Source of the DNA: Corallococcus exiguus
GTDB lineage: Bacteria > Myxococcota > Myxococcia > Myxococcales > Myxococcaceae
Length of the DNA stretch: 64,000 nt
NCBI RefSeq assembly: GCF_017302975.1
Contig: NZ_JAFIMT010000003.1
Direction: 5' to 3' (one strand)
The notes under the pieces were generated by a model that saw only the letters and a list, made by a program, of their open reading frames with translations, searched no databases and had not been told where the DNA came from. A program made the translations under genes and the position numbers. Shown piece by piece: positions 18,962-28,397 of this stretch. Position 1 is the first letter of the stretch; each line of letters starts with the position of its first letter.

Positions 18962-20524
18962 ATGCACTCCGTCCCTTCGCGCCCGTTCGCGCCGCGGGCC
19001 TTCCTGGCCTCGCTGACCTTCTGCGCTTCCGTGTTCGCCGCCTGTGGTGGTGAGAAGCCGGCTCCCACTCCGGACCCGCCGACGGTGACCCTCACCGTGC
19101 CGCAGCCCAACACGGCGGCCCCGTCGCTGACGGTGCGGGTCATCGTGTCCGGGTGTGACTCCGTGTCGCGGGTGGACATCTACGACAAGGACACGTTCCT
19201 GAAGACCGTGCCCTACACCAGCGGGTCCATGGACTTCGAGCTGGCCTCGAATGAAATCAAGTACACCCGCGGCCTCGCCGTGAGCCTGTCTCTCAACGCG
19301 CGGGCGACGTGCTCGGACGGCCGGACGAACTCGTCCCAGCCGCAGGCGGCCACGTTCCTGCCGGTGACGAAGGTCATCAAGGATCCGGACCCCAACGGCC
19401 AGGTGGTGACGGACTTCTTCATCGCCGAGGGCAGCGGCACCAACGTCGCCTTCATCGGGTGCGGCAACCCCACCACGGGCTCCGGCACGCTCTTCCGCGT
19501 GGACTCCGCGGGCGTGGTGCGCAACTCGGTGGAGCTGGGCATCCCGTGCAGCTCCTCCACCGTCATCACCAGCATCAACCCGACGAGTGGCAAGCGGTGG
19601 GTGTGGACGCCGGGCTCGGGCGCCGTGGCGGTGGACTCCAACTTCGCCACCTCCGGCCGCACCGCGGCCACGTACAAGCTGCAGCAGCTGTCGGTGATGG
19701 CCAACGGCGACGCGCTGGTGAACGACCTCTACACGGTGTCGCGCCTCAAGCACACGTCGTCCGGCGGCTCCTTCCAGTGGATGTTCGAGAACGCGCCGCT
19801 GCAGCCCATCACCCCGCCCAAGGAGAAGGGCCAGCAGGTGCTGGTGGCCTATCCGAACACCGCGGGTGGCGGCGGGCCCGCCTTGCAGATCGAGGTCGCA
19901 ACCCTGGACGCGAACGCCACGAGCCAGGACCTCCAGCCGGTGAGCACGCGCATCATCTACCAGTACAACGGCCTCATCAGCGCGCCGCCGCCCGCGTCGT
20001 TCAGCGTGGATGGTTCCACGCTCTTCATGTCCTTCGACTTCAACAACAACCAGTCGCGCATCGAGGCCTGCTCCACGGAGGCCGCGGGCTGCGAGGGCAA
20101 CGCGTACCGGTGGTCCAGCACCACCTTCCCGGTGCCCATCCGCTTCCTCCTGCCGTTCAACGGCGGCTCGAAGGTGGCGGCCATTGGCGACCAGCGCGTG
20201 TGGTTCCTGAACTCGACGAGCGGCCTCGTCATGAACAAGGGCGGCACGTCCGTGGACGCGTCCGGACAGCTGCGCATCCTCCAGGTGCAGTTGGGCCAGC
20301 CGACGAGCGCGGAGTTCTACCTGCTCACCGGCCCGAACGTGGCGGGCGCCCTGCCCCAGGAAATCGTCGCGGTGGACTCCGCCGAACAGGGCGAGCTGTT
20401 CCGCTACGAGGTCTCCAGCAGCCTGTCCTGCTCCGTGGATGACAGCGGGCGGCTGTGGATGCGCGTGGGCAACAACCTGGTCCAGGCCCTCACGCTGCCC
20501 GAGTACCGCGCCGTCAAGCCGTGA
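18962..20524 (+). CDS. Secreted lipoprotein, Ser/Thr/Gly-rich, unknown function
   Basis: It has a signal peptide with the lipobox FAAC; the start is taken at MHSVPSRPF within ORF 18917..20524. Confidence 0.65.
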   Translation: MHSVPSRPFAPRAFLASLTFCASVFAACGGEKPAPTPDPPTVTLTVPQPNTAAPSLTVRVIVSGCDSVSRVDIYDKDTFLKTVPYTSGSMDFELASNEIKYTRGLAVSLSLNARATCSDGRTNSSQPQAATFLPVTKVIKDPDPNGQVVTDFFIAEGSGTNVAFIGCGNPTTGSGTLFRVDSAGVVRNSVELGIPCSSSTVITSINPTSGKRWVWTPGSGAVAVDSNFATSGRTAATYKLQQLSVMANGDALVNDLYTVSRLKHTSSGGSFQWMFENAPLQPITPPKEKGQQVLVAYPNTAGGGGPALQIEVATLDANATSQDLQPVSTRIIYQYNGLISAPPPASFSVDGSTLFMSFDFNNNQSRIEACSTEAAGCEGNAYRWSSTTFPVPIRFLLPFNGGSKVAAIGDQRVWFLNSTSGLVMNKGGTSVDASGQLRILQVQLGQPTSAEFYLLTGPNVAGALPQEIVAVDSAEQGELFRYEVSSSLSCSVDDSGRLWMRVGNNLVQALTLPEYRAVKP

Positions 20525-20533
20525 CGGCGGGCC

Positions 20534-21274
20534 TCAGGGCCTGTCGGCGACGAGGAGCGCTTCCACGTTGCCGGCGGGCCCGGGCACGGGTGAGTCCATC
20601 AACCCGCGCACGCTGAGCCCGTGCTCGCGCACGAAGGCCGTCACGGTGTCGATGGCGTCCTGCCGCGCTTCCGGGTCGCGCACCACGCCGCCCTTGCCCA
20701 CGCGCTCCGGGCCCACCTCGAACTGGGGCTTCACCAGGGCGATGAGCAGCCCGCCCGGTGAGAGGAACGGAAGCACCGACGGCAGCACCTGGGTGAGCGA
20801 GATGAAGCTCACGTCGATGACGACCACGCCCACCTTCTCCGGCAGGTCCTCGTCCGTGAGGTAGCGCGCGTTGACCCGCTCGCGGGAGCGCACGCGCGGA
20901 TCCACGCGCAGCTTCTCGTGCAGCTGGCCGTAGCCCACGTCGATGGCGTGCACCCGCACCGCGCCGTGCTGGAGCAGGCAGTCGGTGAAGCCACCCGTGC
21001 TGGCGCCAATGTCCGCGCCCACGCGGCCCGTCACGTCCAGGCCGAAGCGGTCCATGGCCCCCTTCAGCTTGAGGCCGCCGCGCGACACGTACGGCATCAC
21101 CTCGCCCTTGAGGCGCAGCTCGGCCTCCACCGGAACGAGGGAGCCGGGCTTGTCCACGCGCTGATCCGCCACCACCACCTGGCCGGCGAGGATGAGCGCC
21201 TGGGCCTTGGTGCGCGACTCGGCGAGCCCGCGCTCCACCACCAGCACGTCCAGGCGTTCCTTCTTCGGCTTCAC
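20534..21274 (-). CDS. tlyA: TlyA-family rRNA 2'-O-methyltransferase (hemolysin A-like)
   Basis: It has an S4 domain followed by an FtsJ-like methyltransferase domain with GADIGASTGGFTD (SAM binding). Confidence 0.85.
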   Translation of the reverse strand: MKPKKERLDVLVVERGLAESRTKAQALILAGQVVVADQRVDKPGSLVPVEAELRLKGEVMPYVSRGGLKLKGAMDRFGLDVTGRVGADIGASTGGFTDCLLQHGAVRVHAIDVGYGQLHEKLRVDPRVRSRERVNARYLTDEDLPEKVGVVVIDVSFISLTQVLPSVLPFLSPGGLLIALVKPQFEVGPERVGKGGVVRDPEARQDAIDTVTAFVREHGLSVRGLMDSPVPGPAGNVEALLVADRP

Positions 21275-23199
21275 CGGCTCTCCTCTCCCAGCAGCGCACG
21301 GCCCGCGCGCCGCAGGCCCGCCGCATCCAGTCCCAGCTGCGTGCGCTGCACCCGCGCGTCCCCGTGCGGCAGGAAGACATCCGGCATGCCCAGGAGCGTC
21401 ACCCTGGGGGACACGCCCGACGCGGCGTACAGCTCCAGCACCGCGCTGCCCAGGCCGCCCCGGACGGTGCCCTCCTCCGCCACCACCACGTGCCCGCCCG
21501 CCGCGGCCTCCAGGAGCGCGGCCTCATCCAAGGGCCACGCCCGGCGCGCGTCCAGCACGCTCCAGTCCGGCTCGCTCCGCACGGCCTCCAGCGCGGACAG
21601 GCCCAGCGGGCCCAGTGTCACCAAGGTCAGCCGCGAGCCGGGCACACGCTTCAGCCAGCGGGCGCCCGGCATGGGGACCGCGGCCGGTGTCAGCCGCGAG
21701 GCCGTTGAGCTCTTGCCCCCTTCCGCGCCAGCGCGCACGTCGTGCGCCGGCGCCTCGGTCCCGTCCCGTGCCAGCTCCGGCGGCAGGTCCGGCAACGTCC
21801 CGCGCGGGAAGCTCGGCACGGAGGGCCCGGGCGAGGACGGTCCCTGCGCCTCCGTCCCGTCCTGTGCCAGCTCCAGCGGAAGGTCCGGCAGCGTTCCGCG
21901 CGGGAAGCGCAGCACGGAGGGCCCGGGGGCCTGGAGCGCGGTGGCGAGCATGGGCCCCAGGTCCTCGCCCACCACCGGAGCCCACTGCGTAAGGCCCGGC
22001 AGCGGCCGGAGGAAGGACACGTCGTAGGCGCCCTGGTGCGTGGCGCCATCCGCGCCCACGAGCCCCGCCCGGTCCACCGCGAACACGACGGGCAGCCCCG
22101 GCAGGCACACGTCGTGGACCACCTGGTCGTACGCGCGCTGGAGGAAGGTGGAGTAGATGACGCACACCGGCTTCGCGCCCGCCGCGGCCAGCCCCGCGCA
22201 GAACGTCACCGCGTGCTGCTCCGCGATGCCCACGTCGTGCACGCGGTCCGGGAAGCGCGCCTTCAAGCCAGTGAGCGCGCTGCCCTCCAGCATCGCGGGC
22301 GTCACGGCCACCACGCGGGGGTCCCGCTCCAGCGCGTCACCCAATACCTGGGCGAAGGCCTCGCTGAACGTGGGCCGTCCCCCGCGCGAGCGCACCAGCT
22401 TTCCGTCGCGCCACTCGTACGGCCCCATCGCGTGGCCGCGCGTCTGCTCGTCGGCTTCGGCGGGCGGGAAGCCGCGTCCCTTCTTCGTCAGCGCGTGCAC
22501 CACCACCGGGCGAGATGACGCCTTCGCCTCGCGCATCGCCCGCGTGAGCGCGCCCAGGTCGTGCCCGTCCACCGGGCCCAGGTAGGTGAAGCCCAGCGAT
22601 TCGAAGAAGGCGCGGGCGTTGCGCGTGCGCAGGAGCGCGGGGATGGCGCCCACGTTCGCGCTGATGGACATCTGGTTGTCGTTGAGCACCACCACGAGCG
22701 GCAGCGGGCTGCCCCCCGCGTTGTTGAGCCCCTCGAAGCTCAGGCCGCCGGTGAGCGCGCCGTCACCCACCACCGCCACCACGTGCCCCGAGTGCCCCAG
22801 CTGCCGCCGGCCGGAGAGCAGGCCCAGCGCCGCGGAGATGGCCGTGCACGCATGCCCGGCCGCCAGCGCGTCGTGGTGGCTCTCCCGCGGATCCAGGAAC
22901 GGCGCGATGCCGTCCGCCTGCCGCAGCGTGTGCATCCGGTCGCGCCGGCCGGTGAGCAGCTTGTGCGCGTACGCCTGGTGCCCCACGTCGAAGAGGAGCG
23001 CGTCCTGCGGCGTGTGGAAGACGCGGTGCAGGGCCACGACCAACTCGACCGCGCCCAGCGACGCGCCCAGGTGGCCTCCGACGCGGCCGCAGGTGGTGAT
23101 GATGGCCTCGCGCAGCGCCTCGCACAGGCCGGGCAGCGCGTCCTCGGGGAGCGCGCGCACATCCGCGGGAGACGCGACACCGGACAGCACGTCCGCCAT
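21271..23199 (-). CDS. dxs: 1-deoxy-D-xylulose-5-phosphate synthase
   Basis: It has the ThDP-binding motif GDGALTGG and a transketolase-like pyrimidine domain. At 642 aa it carries an internal roughly 60-aa duplicated insertion. Confidence 0.9.
   Translation of the reverse strand: MADVLSGVASPADVRALPEDALPGLCEALREAIITTCGRVGGHLGASLGAVELVVALHRVFHTPQDALLFDVGHQAYAHKLLTGRRDRMHTLRQADGIAPFLDPRESHHDALAAGHACTAISAALGLLSGRRQLGHSGHVVAVVGDGALTGGLSFEGLNNAGGSPLPLVVVLNDNQMSISANVGAIPALLRTRNARAFFESLGFTYLGPVDGHDLGALTRAMREAKASSRPVVVHALTKKGRGFPPAEADEQTRGHAMGPYEWRDGKLVRSRGGRPTFSEAFAQVLGDALERDPRVVAVTPAMLEGSALTGLKARFPDRVHDVGIAEQHAVTFCAGLAAAGAKPVCVIYSTFLQRAYDQVVHDVCLPGLPVVFAVDRAGLVGADGATHQGAYDVSFLRPLPGLTQWAPVVGEDLGPMLATALQAPGPSVLRFPRGTLPDLPLELAQDGTEAQGPSSPGPSVPSFPRGTLPDLPPELARDGTEAPAHDVRAGAEGGKSSTASRLTPAAVPMPGARWLKRVPGSRLTLVTLGPLGLSALEAVRSEPDWSVLDARRAWPLDEAALLEAAAGGHVVVAEEGTVRGGLGSAVLELYAASGVSPRVTLLGMPDVFLPHGDARVQRTQLGLDAAGLRRAGRALLGEESR
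21757..21928 (-). repeat. In-frame tandem duplication of about 90 bp inside dxs
   Basis: The DNA direct repeat cc(g)tcccgt(g/c)ccagctcc(g/a)gcgg(c/a)aggtccggca(a/g)cgt(c/t)ccgcgcgggaagc...cacggagggcccggg encodes FPRGTLPDLPLELAQDGTEAQGP... followed by FPRGTLPDLPPELARDGTEAP. Confidence 0.6.
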
Positions 23200-24092
23200 C
23201 AGGACTTCCGCTCCACCGAGTAGCGCGCCAGCGCCGCCAGCGGACCGTCCACGCCCTCCAGCGGGCGCACCGCCGCCTCCGCGCGGGCCACCAGCTCGTC
23301 GGCCATGCGGCGGGATTCGTCCAACCCCACCACCGCCGGGAAGGTGAAGCGCCCGGCCTCCGCGTCCGCGCCCACCGGCTTGCCCATGGCCTCCGCGCTG
23401 GAGGTCACGTCCAGCACGTCGTCGGCGATCTGGAAGGCCAGGCCCACCGCCTCACCGTACGTCACCGCGCTGGCGAGCGCCGCCGCGTCGCCCCCGGCCG
23501 CAAGGACGCCCATCCGGCACGCCGCGAGGATGAGCGCGCCCGTCTTCATCCGGTGCAGCCGCAGGAGGTAGTCCAGGGCCGCGGCCCGGTCCGCCGCGAT
23601 GTCCAGCACCTGCCCGCCCACCATGCCGCTCGCGCCCGCCGCGCGCGCCAGCTCCGCGCACAGGATGCCGCGCACCGGCTCCGGCCCCGACGCGAGCACG
23701 TGGAAGGCCTCCGTCAACAGCCCGTCCCCGGCCAGCAGCGCCAGCGGCTCGCCATAGACCTTGTGGTTCGTGGGCCGGCCCCGCCGCAAGTCGTCGTTGT
23801 CCAGGCAGGGCAAATCATCGTGCACCAGCGAATACGTGTGCACGTACTCCAGCGCGCAGGCCGCGTCCGCCACCACGGCGGCGTCGGTGCTCGACTTGGA
23901 CACCGCGTCCGCGAAGGCCAGGCACAGCACCGGGCGCAGGCGCTTGCCACCCGCGAGCAGCGAGTAGCGCATGGCCTCCGCCAGCCGGGGCGGAGTGCCC
24001 GCGGGACCCAGGCGGTCCGCGCGTTCAAGCAGGCGTGCTTCCACCCGCGCCTGCTGCGTGCGCATGAAGGGGTCCAGGTTGAAAGCGGCCAT
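23199..24092 (-). CDS. ispA: (2E,6E)-farnesyl/geranylgeranyl diphosphate synthase
   Basis: It has polyprenyl synthase motifs FARM (LVHDDLPCLDNDDLRRG) and SARM (FQIADDVLD). The start is taken at MAAFNLD rather than the upstream GTG. Confidence 0.85.
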   Translation of the reverse strand: MAAFNLDPFMRTQQARVEARLLERADRLGPAGTPPRLAEAMRYSLLAGGKRLRPVLCLAFADAVSKSSTDAAVVADAACALEYVHTYSLVHDDLPCLDNDDLRRGRPTNHKVYGEPLALLAGDGLLTEAFHVLASGPEPVRGILCAELARAAGASGMVGGQVLDIAADRAAALDYLLRLHRMKTGALILAACRMGVLAAGGDAAALASAVTYGEAVGLAFQIADDVLDVTSSAEAMGKPVGADAEAGRFTFPAVVGLDESRRMADELVARAEAAVRPLEGVDGPLAALARYSVERKS

Positions 24093-24097
24093 CGGCG

Positions 24098-24487
24098 TCA
24101 GGGCTCCTTCGCCACGTCGGCGGGGATGAGTTCGCGGATGCGCTTGACGAGCGCGTCCAGCTCCAGCGGCTTCACGAAGTAGTCGGCCGCGCCGACCTCC
24201 ATGCCTCGCCGCTTGTCCTCCGGGTCTCCCCGCCCGCTGATGAAGATGATGGGGATGTCCCGGAACTGCTTGTTCTGCTTCACGGCCTGACACAGCTCGA
24301 AGCCGTTGATCCAGGACATGTTCACGTCCAGGAGGATGGCGTGCGGCCGGTGCAGCTCCAGCGACGCGACGAGCCGCAGGCCATTGGCCGCGGACATGAC
24401 CTCGAACCCCTCGGCCCCCAGGGCCTCGGCGAGCAGCTCGCGCGTGTCGCGGTCGTCATCGACAATCGTAATCTTCGGCTTCGACAT
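24098..24487 (-). CDS. Single-domain CheY-like response regulator
   Basis: It has the DDD acidic pocket, the phospho-acceptor D in ILLDVNM and a conserved K in YFVKP. Confidence 0.85.
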   Translation of the reverse strand: MSKPKITIVDDDRDTRELLAEALGAEGFEVMSAANGLRLVASLELHRPHAILLDVNMSWINGFELCQAVKQNKQFRDIPIIFISGRGDPEDKRRGMEVGAADYFVKPLELDALVKRIRELIPADVAKEP

Positions 24488-24514
24488 GCCCGGCCTCCAC
24501 CCTTCCCCTGATAC

Positions 24515-24853
24515 CTAGAACGGGACATCGTCCTCCGGTGGCGGACGCGCCTGCGCGGTCGTCCGGGGGGCAGCCTGCGGAGCGGGCCGGGCAGCCACCG
24601 CCAGCGGCGCCGCCACGTCCTGGCCGTCCTCGTCCACCAGCAGCTGTTCGATTCGCTGCTCGGCCTCCGTGAGCAGCTTCTCACCCCGGCGGACGAGGCG
24701 GATGCCCTCCTCGAACGCCTTGAGCGACTCTTCCAACGACAGGTCGCCGCTTTCCAGCCGCGCCACCGTGTCTTCCAGGCGCGACACCACGTCTCCGTAC
24801 TGCTCCGGAGCGGGCTCCACCTTGGGGTTCTTGTCCGACTTCGCCACGGCCAT
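24515..24853 (-). CDS. xseB: Exodeoxyribonuclease VII small subunit
   Basis: The LEDTVARLESGDLSLEESLKAFEEGIRLVR sequence is diagnostic of XseB. Confidence 0.85.
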   Translation of the reverse strand: MAVAKSDKNPKVEPAPEQYGDVVSRLEDTVARLESGDLSLEESLKAFEEGIRLVRRGEKLLTEAEQRIEQLLVDEDGQDVAAPLAVAARPAPQAAPRTTAQARPPPEDDVPF

Positions 24854-24894
24854 CCACCTCCCCGAGCGGGGCGCGGAATGTAGAGGGTGGCCCG

Positions 24895-26625
24895 CTAGCA
24901 GTCCACCGGGCCTTTCAGGCTGGTAACGGTGGCTTCGATTTCTTCACACCCGCCCAGGGTTTTCGCCCCGTGGGCCGCCAGCTTGATGCCCAGCACGTCC
25001 CCCACCACCACGTCCGCCGTGGAGCGAACCACGACGCCGTCCCGCTGGCGGAACGTCACCGCGTAGCCGCGAGACATCACCTTCAGGGGGCTCAGGGCGT
25101 CCAGGCGGCCCCCCAACCGTCCGAAGTGCGTCTGCGCGGTCGCCAGCATGCCCCGCTGCAGCTCCAGGAGCCGCGAGCGCGTCTGGGCCACCTTCGCCCG
25201 CTCGGCCGCCACCCGCGCCATGGGGGATTGCCGCTCCAGCCCCAGCCGCGCGTCCGCCAGCGCGCCCCGCCGACGGGTGACGCCCGCGCGCGCCGCCTCC
25301 GACAGGCGCATGGCCAGCTTGAGCAGGTGGGCCCGCTGCTCCGACAGCCGCGTCTGGGGCCGCGCCCGCTGCAGCCGCTCCTGCAAGGCGCGCAGCGTCT
25401 CGCGGTGCTCGCGCGCGCGAGGGCGCAGCACGCGCATCATCGCCTCCACCTGTTCGGACAGGTGCAGGCGCTGGTGGTTCACCTCGCGGCGCGGGTCCGG
25501 CAGCCGAGCGCGAAGCTGGCCCTGGCTCTGACGCAGCTCCAGCACCCGCCGCTCCATGGCCCGGCGCAACCGGCCGGACTGCGTGGCCAGCGTCAGCTCC
25601 AGGTCCGCCAGTACCGGCGCCAGCCGCTCCGCCGCCGCGCTGGGCGTGGGCGCGCGCAGGTCCGCGACGAAGTCCGAAATGGTGAAGTCGATTTCGTGGC
25701 CGATGGCGGACACCACCGGCACCGGCGAGGCGAAGATGGCGCGCGCCACCCGCTCCTCGTTGAACGTCCAGAGGTCCTCCACGGAGCCTCCGCCGCGCGT
25801 CACGACGATGACGTCCACGTCGGTGCGCGAAAGCCGCTCGATGGCCCGCGCCACGTCCTCCGCGGCGCCCTCGCCCTGCACGCGCGCGTCCGCCAGCAGC
25901 ACGCCCAGCCGGGGGTTGCGCGAGTGCAGCACGCGCAGGAAGTCCTGGAGCGCCGCGCCGGTGCGGCTGGTGACGACGCCAATCCGCCGGGGAAGGAACG
26001 GCACGGGCCGGGGCGGCCGCACGCGCCGGTCGCCGATGAGCCCCTCCGCGGCCAATCGCTGCTTGAGCTGCTCGAACGCGAGCGCCAGCGCGCCCTCGCC
26101 CACCGGCTCCAGCCGGGACACGATGAGGCTGTAGCGGCCCTGCGGCTCGTACAGGTCCACGCTGCCCTCGGCCACCACCTCCATGCCGTCGCGCAGCGCG
26201 AAGCGGATCCGCCCCGCCATGGACGCCCACACCTTCGCGTCGATGGAGGCGTCCGCGTCCTTGAGCGTGAAGTACCAGTGGCCGCGCGCGTTGGCGCCGC
26301 GGAAGCTGGACACCTCACCGCGCACCATCACGCGCGGGAAGCGCGTCTCCACCGTCTGTTTTATCTGCCGGGTGAGCTCGCCCACCGACAACACCGTGCG
26401 CTCCGGGCGCGGCGGCGGGGTGACGGCGGCGGGGGGCGGTGGGGCGACTTCAGCCACCGGCGCGGACGAATGAGCCGGGGGAGCCGGGGGGGCCGGAGGC
26501 GTCTTGCCTCCGCTGGCGGCCTTCGCGGGCGCGGGACGCAAGGGGGGTAGCAGCGACGTGCCGAACAGGTCGCCCTGCCCCGGCTCGTCGGCCGGGGGCG
26601 GCTCCAGCCCCTTGCGCTTCTTCAT
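24895..26625 (-). CDS. xseA: Exodeoxyribonuclease VII large subunit with an N-terminal Pro/Ala-rich extension
   Basis: It has an OB-fold followed by a catalytic core (GVVTSRTGAALQDFL...VIVVTRGGGSVEDLW), and about 75 aa of PAPPAPP-rich leader. Confidence 0.85.
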   Translation of the reverse strand: MKKRKGLEPPPADEPGQGDLFGTSLLPPLRPAPAKAASGGKTPPAPPAPPAHSSAPVAEVAPPPPAAVTPPPRPERTVLSVGELTRQIKQTVETRFPRVMVRGEVSSFRGANARGHWYFTLKDADASIDAKVWASMAGRIRFALRDGMEVVAEGSVDLYEPQGRYSLIVSRLEPVGEGALALAFEQLKQRLAAEGLIGDRRVRPPRPVPFLPRRIGVVTSRTGAALQDFLRVLHSRNPRLGVLLADARVQGEGAAEDVARAIERLSRTDVDVIVVTRGGGSVEDLWTFNEERVARAIFASPVPVVSAIGHEIDFTISDFVADLRAPTPSAAAERLAPVLADLELTLATQSGRLRRAMERRVLELRQSQGQLRARLPDPRREVNHQRLHLSEQVEAMMRVLRPRAREHRETLRALQERLQRARPQTRLSEQRAHLLKLAMRLSEAARAGVTRRRGALADARLGLERQSPMARVAAERAKVAQTRSRLLELQRGMLATAQTHFGRLGGRLDALSPLKVMSRGYAVTFRQRDGVVVRSTADVVVGDVLGIKLAAHGAKTLGGCEEIEATVTSLKGPVDC

Positions 26626-28370
26626 CGCGACAGCTTCTCGACCCAGCCCTGGGCCTTGCCGTGCAACTCGTCGTCAGGCGGCGTCATCGCGACGACGTCG
26701 CGGAACTTGGGCAGCGCGTCCTCCGGGCTGGAGTCCTTGATGGAGTAGGCCTGCATGTACAGGTCCTTCGCCTTGCCCTTGAGGTCGTTGACGATGTTGG
26801 CGGCGCCCGTGTGGCTGGGGTCGGCCTGGAGGGCGCGGCGGGCGAACTCCATGGCGCGCGACCACTGGCCGGCGGCCTTCGCGCCCGCGGCGCTCTTGTA
26901 ATAGATGTTGCCCGCGCGGGTTCCCGCGTTGCGCGCCATCTTGCTGGTGCGCCCGTCGGTGATTTCCTTGTCCAGCGAGAGCAGGCGGGTGAGGCCCTTG
27001 GCGTCCAGGTCCTCCAGCTTCTTGTAGAGGTTGCCGAACTCCGTCACCTGCGCCATCAGCTGCTTGCACTGGGGCGTCTTGGCCGAGCACGCGTTGAGGA
27101 TGGCCACCGCGCCGGTGATGTCCGCGTCGCGGAAGCGGTCCACCGCGGGCTCCCACGGCTTGGGCGTCGCGGCCACGCGCACGGGGTCCGGACGCGTCAG
27201 GTCCGCGATGACGCGCACGGCGTCGTCGTTGACCAGCTTGCCGTCGCGGTGCTCGGGGAAGGTCGCGAGCACGTCGTCGGTGATGGCCTTGGCCTTCTGC
27301 ACGTTCTCCAGCGAGCGGGTGTCCAGGAGCCCCTTGGCCTCCTTCGTGCGCTTGTCGGCGGCGTCCGTCAGGTTCTTGCGCGCCGTCTTCAGCTGCTCGT
27401 ACTGCTGGGTGTCGCTGGTCACCTTCTCGATGGACGCCTTCGCGCTGGCCAGCTCGCCCTTGTCCAGCGCCGCCTGGGCCGTGCTCAGGTGCTTCTGGTT
27501 GGGAATCTCCCGCTCCGCGGCCTTCAGGTAGTCCGCCACGCCAGGGTAGTCATCCGCCCGCGTGTGGAGCTCCTCCAGCTTCGCCTTGGCCTGCTCCCAC
27601 TGGCCTTCGCGCACCAGGTTCTTGGCCTCCTGGAAGAGCGCGCCCAGCTGCGCACGGTACTCGCGCTGCTCCGCCTCGATGCGGCCCTGCTCCTCCGCCT
27701 GCTGCCGCATGCGCGAGCGCGCGACGCCCAGGCCCGCGAAGAGCAGCACCAGCACGGCGACGCCCGCGAGCTTGATCCGCAGCCGCTTGCGCTGCGCTTC
27801 CGGAGTGAGCTCCGCGGCGGCGGCGGCGCGCGACGTCTGCGGGCGCGCGCGGCCCTCCCGGGCGGGACGCGTGGGCACGGCCGTGGGACCGCGGCCCGCC
27901 GCCGAGGACGGACGGGGCCGGGAGCCGGTGGGGGCCTGCACCTTCGCGGTGCTGTTGGCGGTGTCCTCGTAGCGCAGCTCCGAGTCGCCCAACGTGATGA
28001 CGTCGCCGTTGGCGAGGAGCGTCTCCTCGGAGATGGGCTCGCCGTTGAGGATGGTTCCGTTGCCGGAGCCCATGTCACTGACCATCCAGCCGGAGGACTC
28101 CTTGCGCAGCGTCACGTGCTTGCGGGAGACGGACGTGTCCTGGATGCAGATGGGGTTGTCAGCGGAGCGGCCGACCGTGTACTCGAGCTCGGAGAGCGCG
28201 AACTCCTCGCCCTCCATGGGGCCGGCGACGACGACGAGCTTCGCGGGGCGGGCCGCGGCGGCACCGGCGGTCGACCGGCGGACCGGCGCGCGCGAACCGC
28301 TCCCGGAGGAGGGCGTACCGGACGTAGGCCGTCGGCGGGCGGGGGGAGGTGCGTTCGACATGGAGGTCAC
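26622..28370 (-). CDS. FHA-domain membrane protein with a long coiled-coil/TPR-like periplasmic region (first gene of the Tad-like cluster)
   Basis: An N-terminal FHA domain (EYTVGRSADNPICIQDTSVSRKHVTL...SGNGTILNG) is followed by one TM helix (IKLAGVAVLVLLFAGLGV) and a helical repeat region. Confidence 0.75.
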   Translation of the reverse strand: MTSMSNAPPPARRRPTSGTPSSGSGSRAPVRRSTAGAAAARPAKLVVVAGPMEGEEFALSELEYTVGRSADNPICIQDTSVSRKHVTLRKESSGWMVSDMGSGNGTILNGEPISEETLLANGDVITLGDSELRYEDTANSTAKVQAPTGSRPRPSSAAGRGPTAVPTRPAREGRARPQTSRAAAAAELTPEAQRKRLRIKLAGVAVLVLLFAGLGVARSRMRQQAEEQGRIEAEQREYRAQLGALFQEAKNLVREGQWEQAKAKLEELHTRADDYPGVADYLKAAEREIPNQKHLSTAQAALDKGELASAKASIEKVTSDTQQYEQLKTARKNLTDAADKRTKEAKGLLDTRSLENVQKAKAITDDVLATFPEHRDGKLVNDDAVRVIADLTRPDPVRVAATPKPWEPAVDRFRDADITGAVAILNACSAKTPQCKQLMAQVTEFGNLYKKLEDLDAKGLTRLLSLDKEITDGRTSKMARNAGTRAGNIYYKSAAGAKAAGQWSRAMEFARRALQADPSHTGAANIVNDLKGKAKDLYMQAYSIKDSSPEDALPKFRDVVAMTPPDDELHGKAQGWVEKLSR

Positions 28371-28397
28371 CGCGTCCTGCTGAGGGGGGCACGGGCC

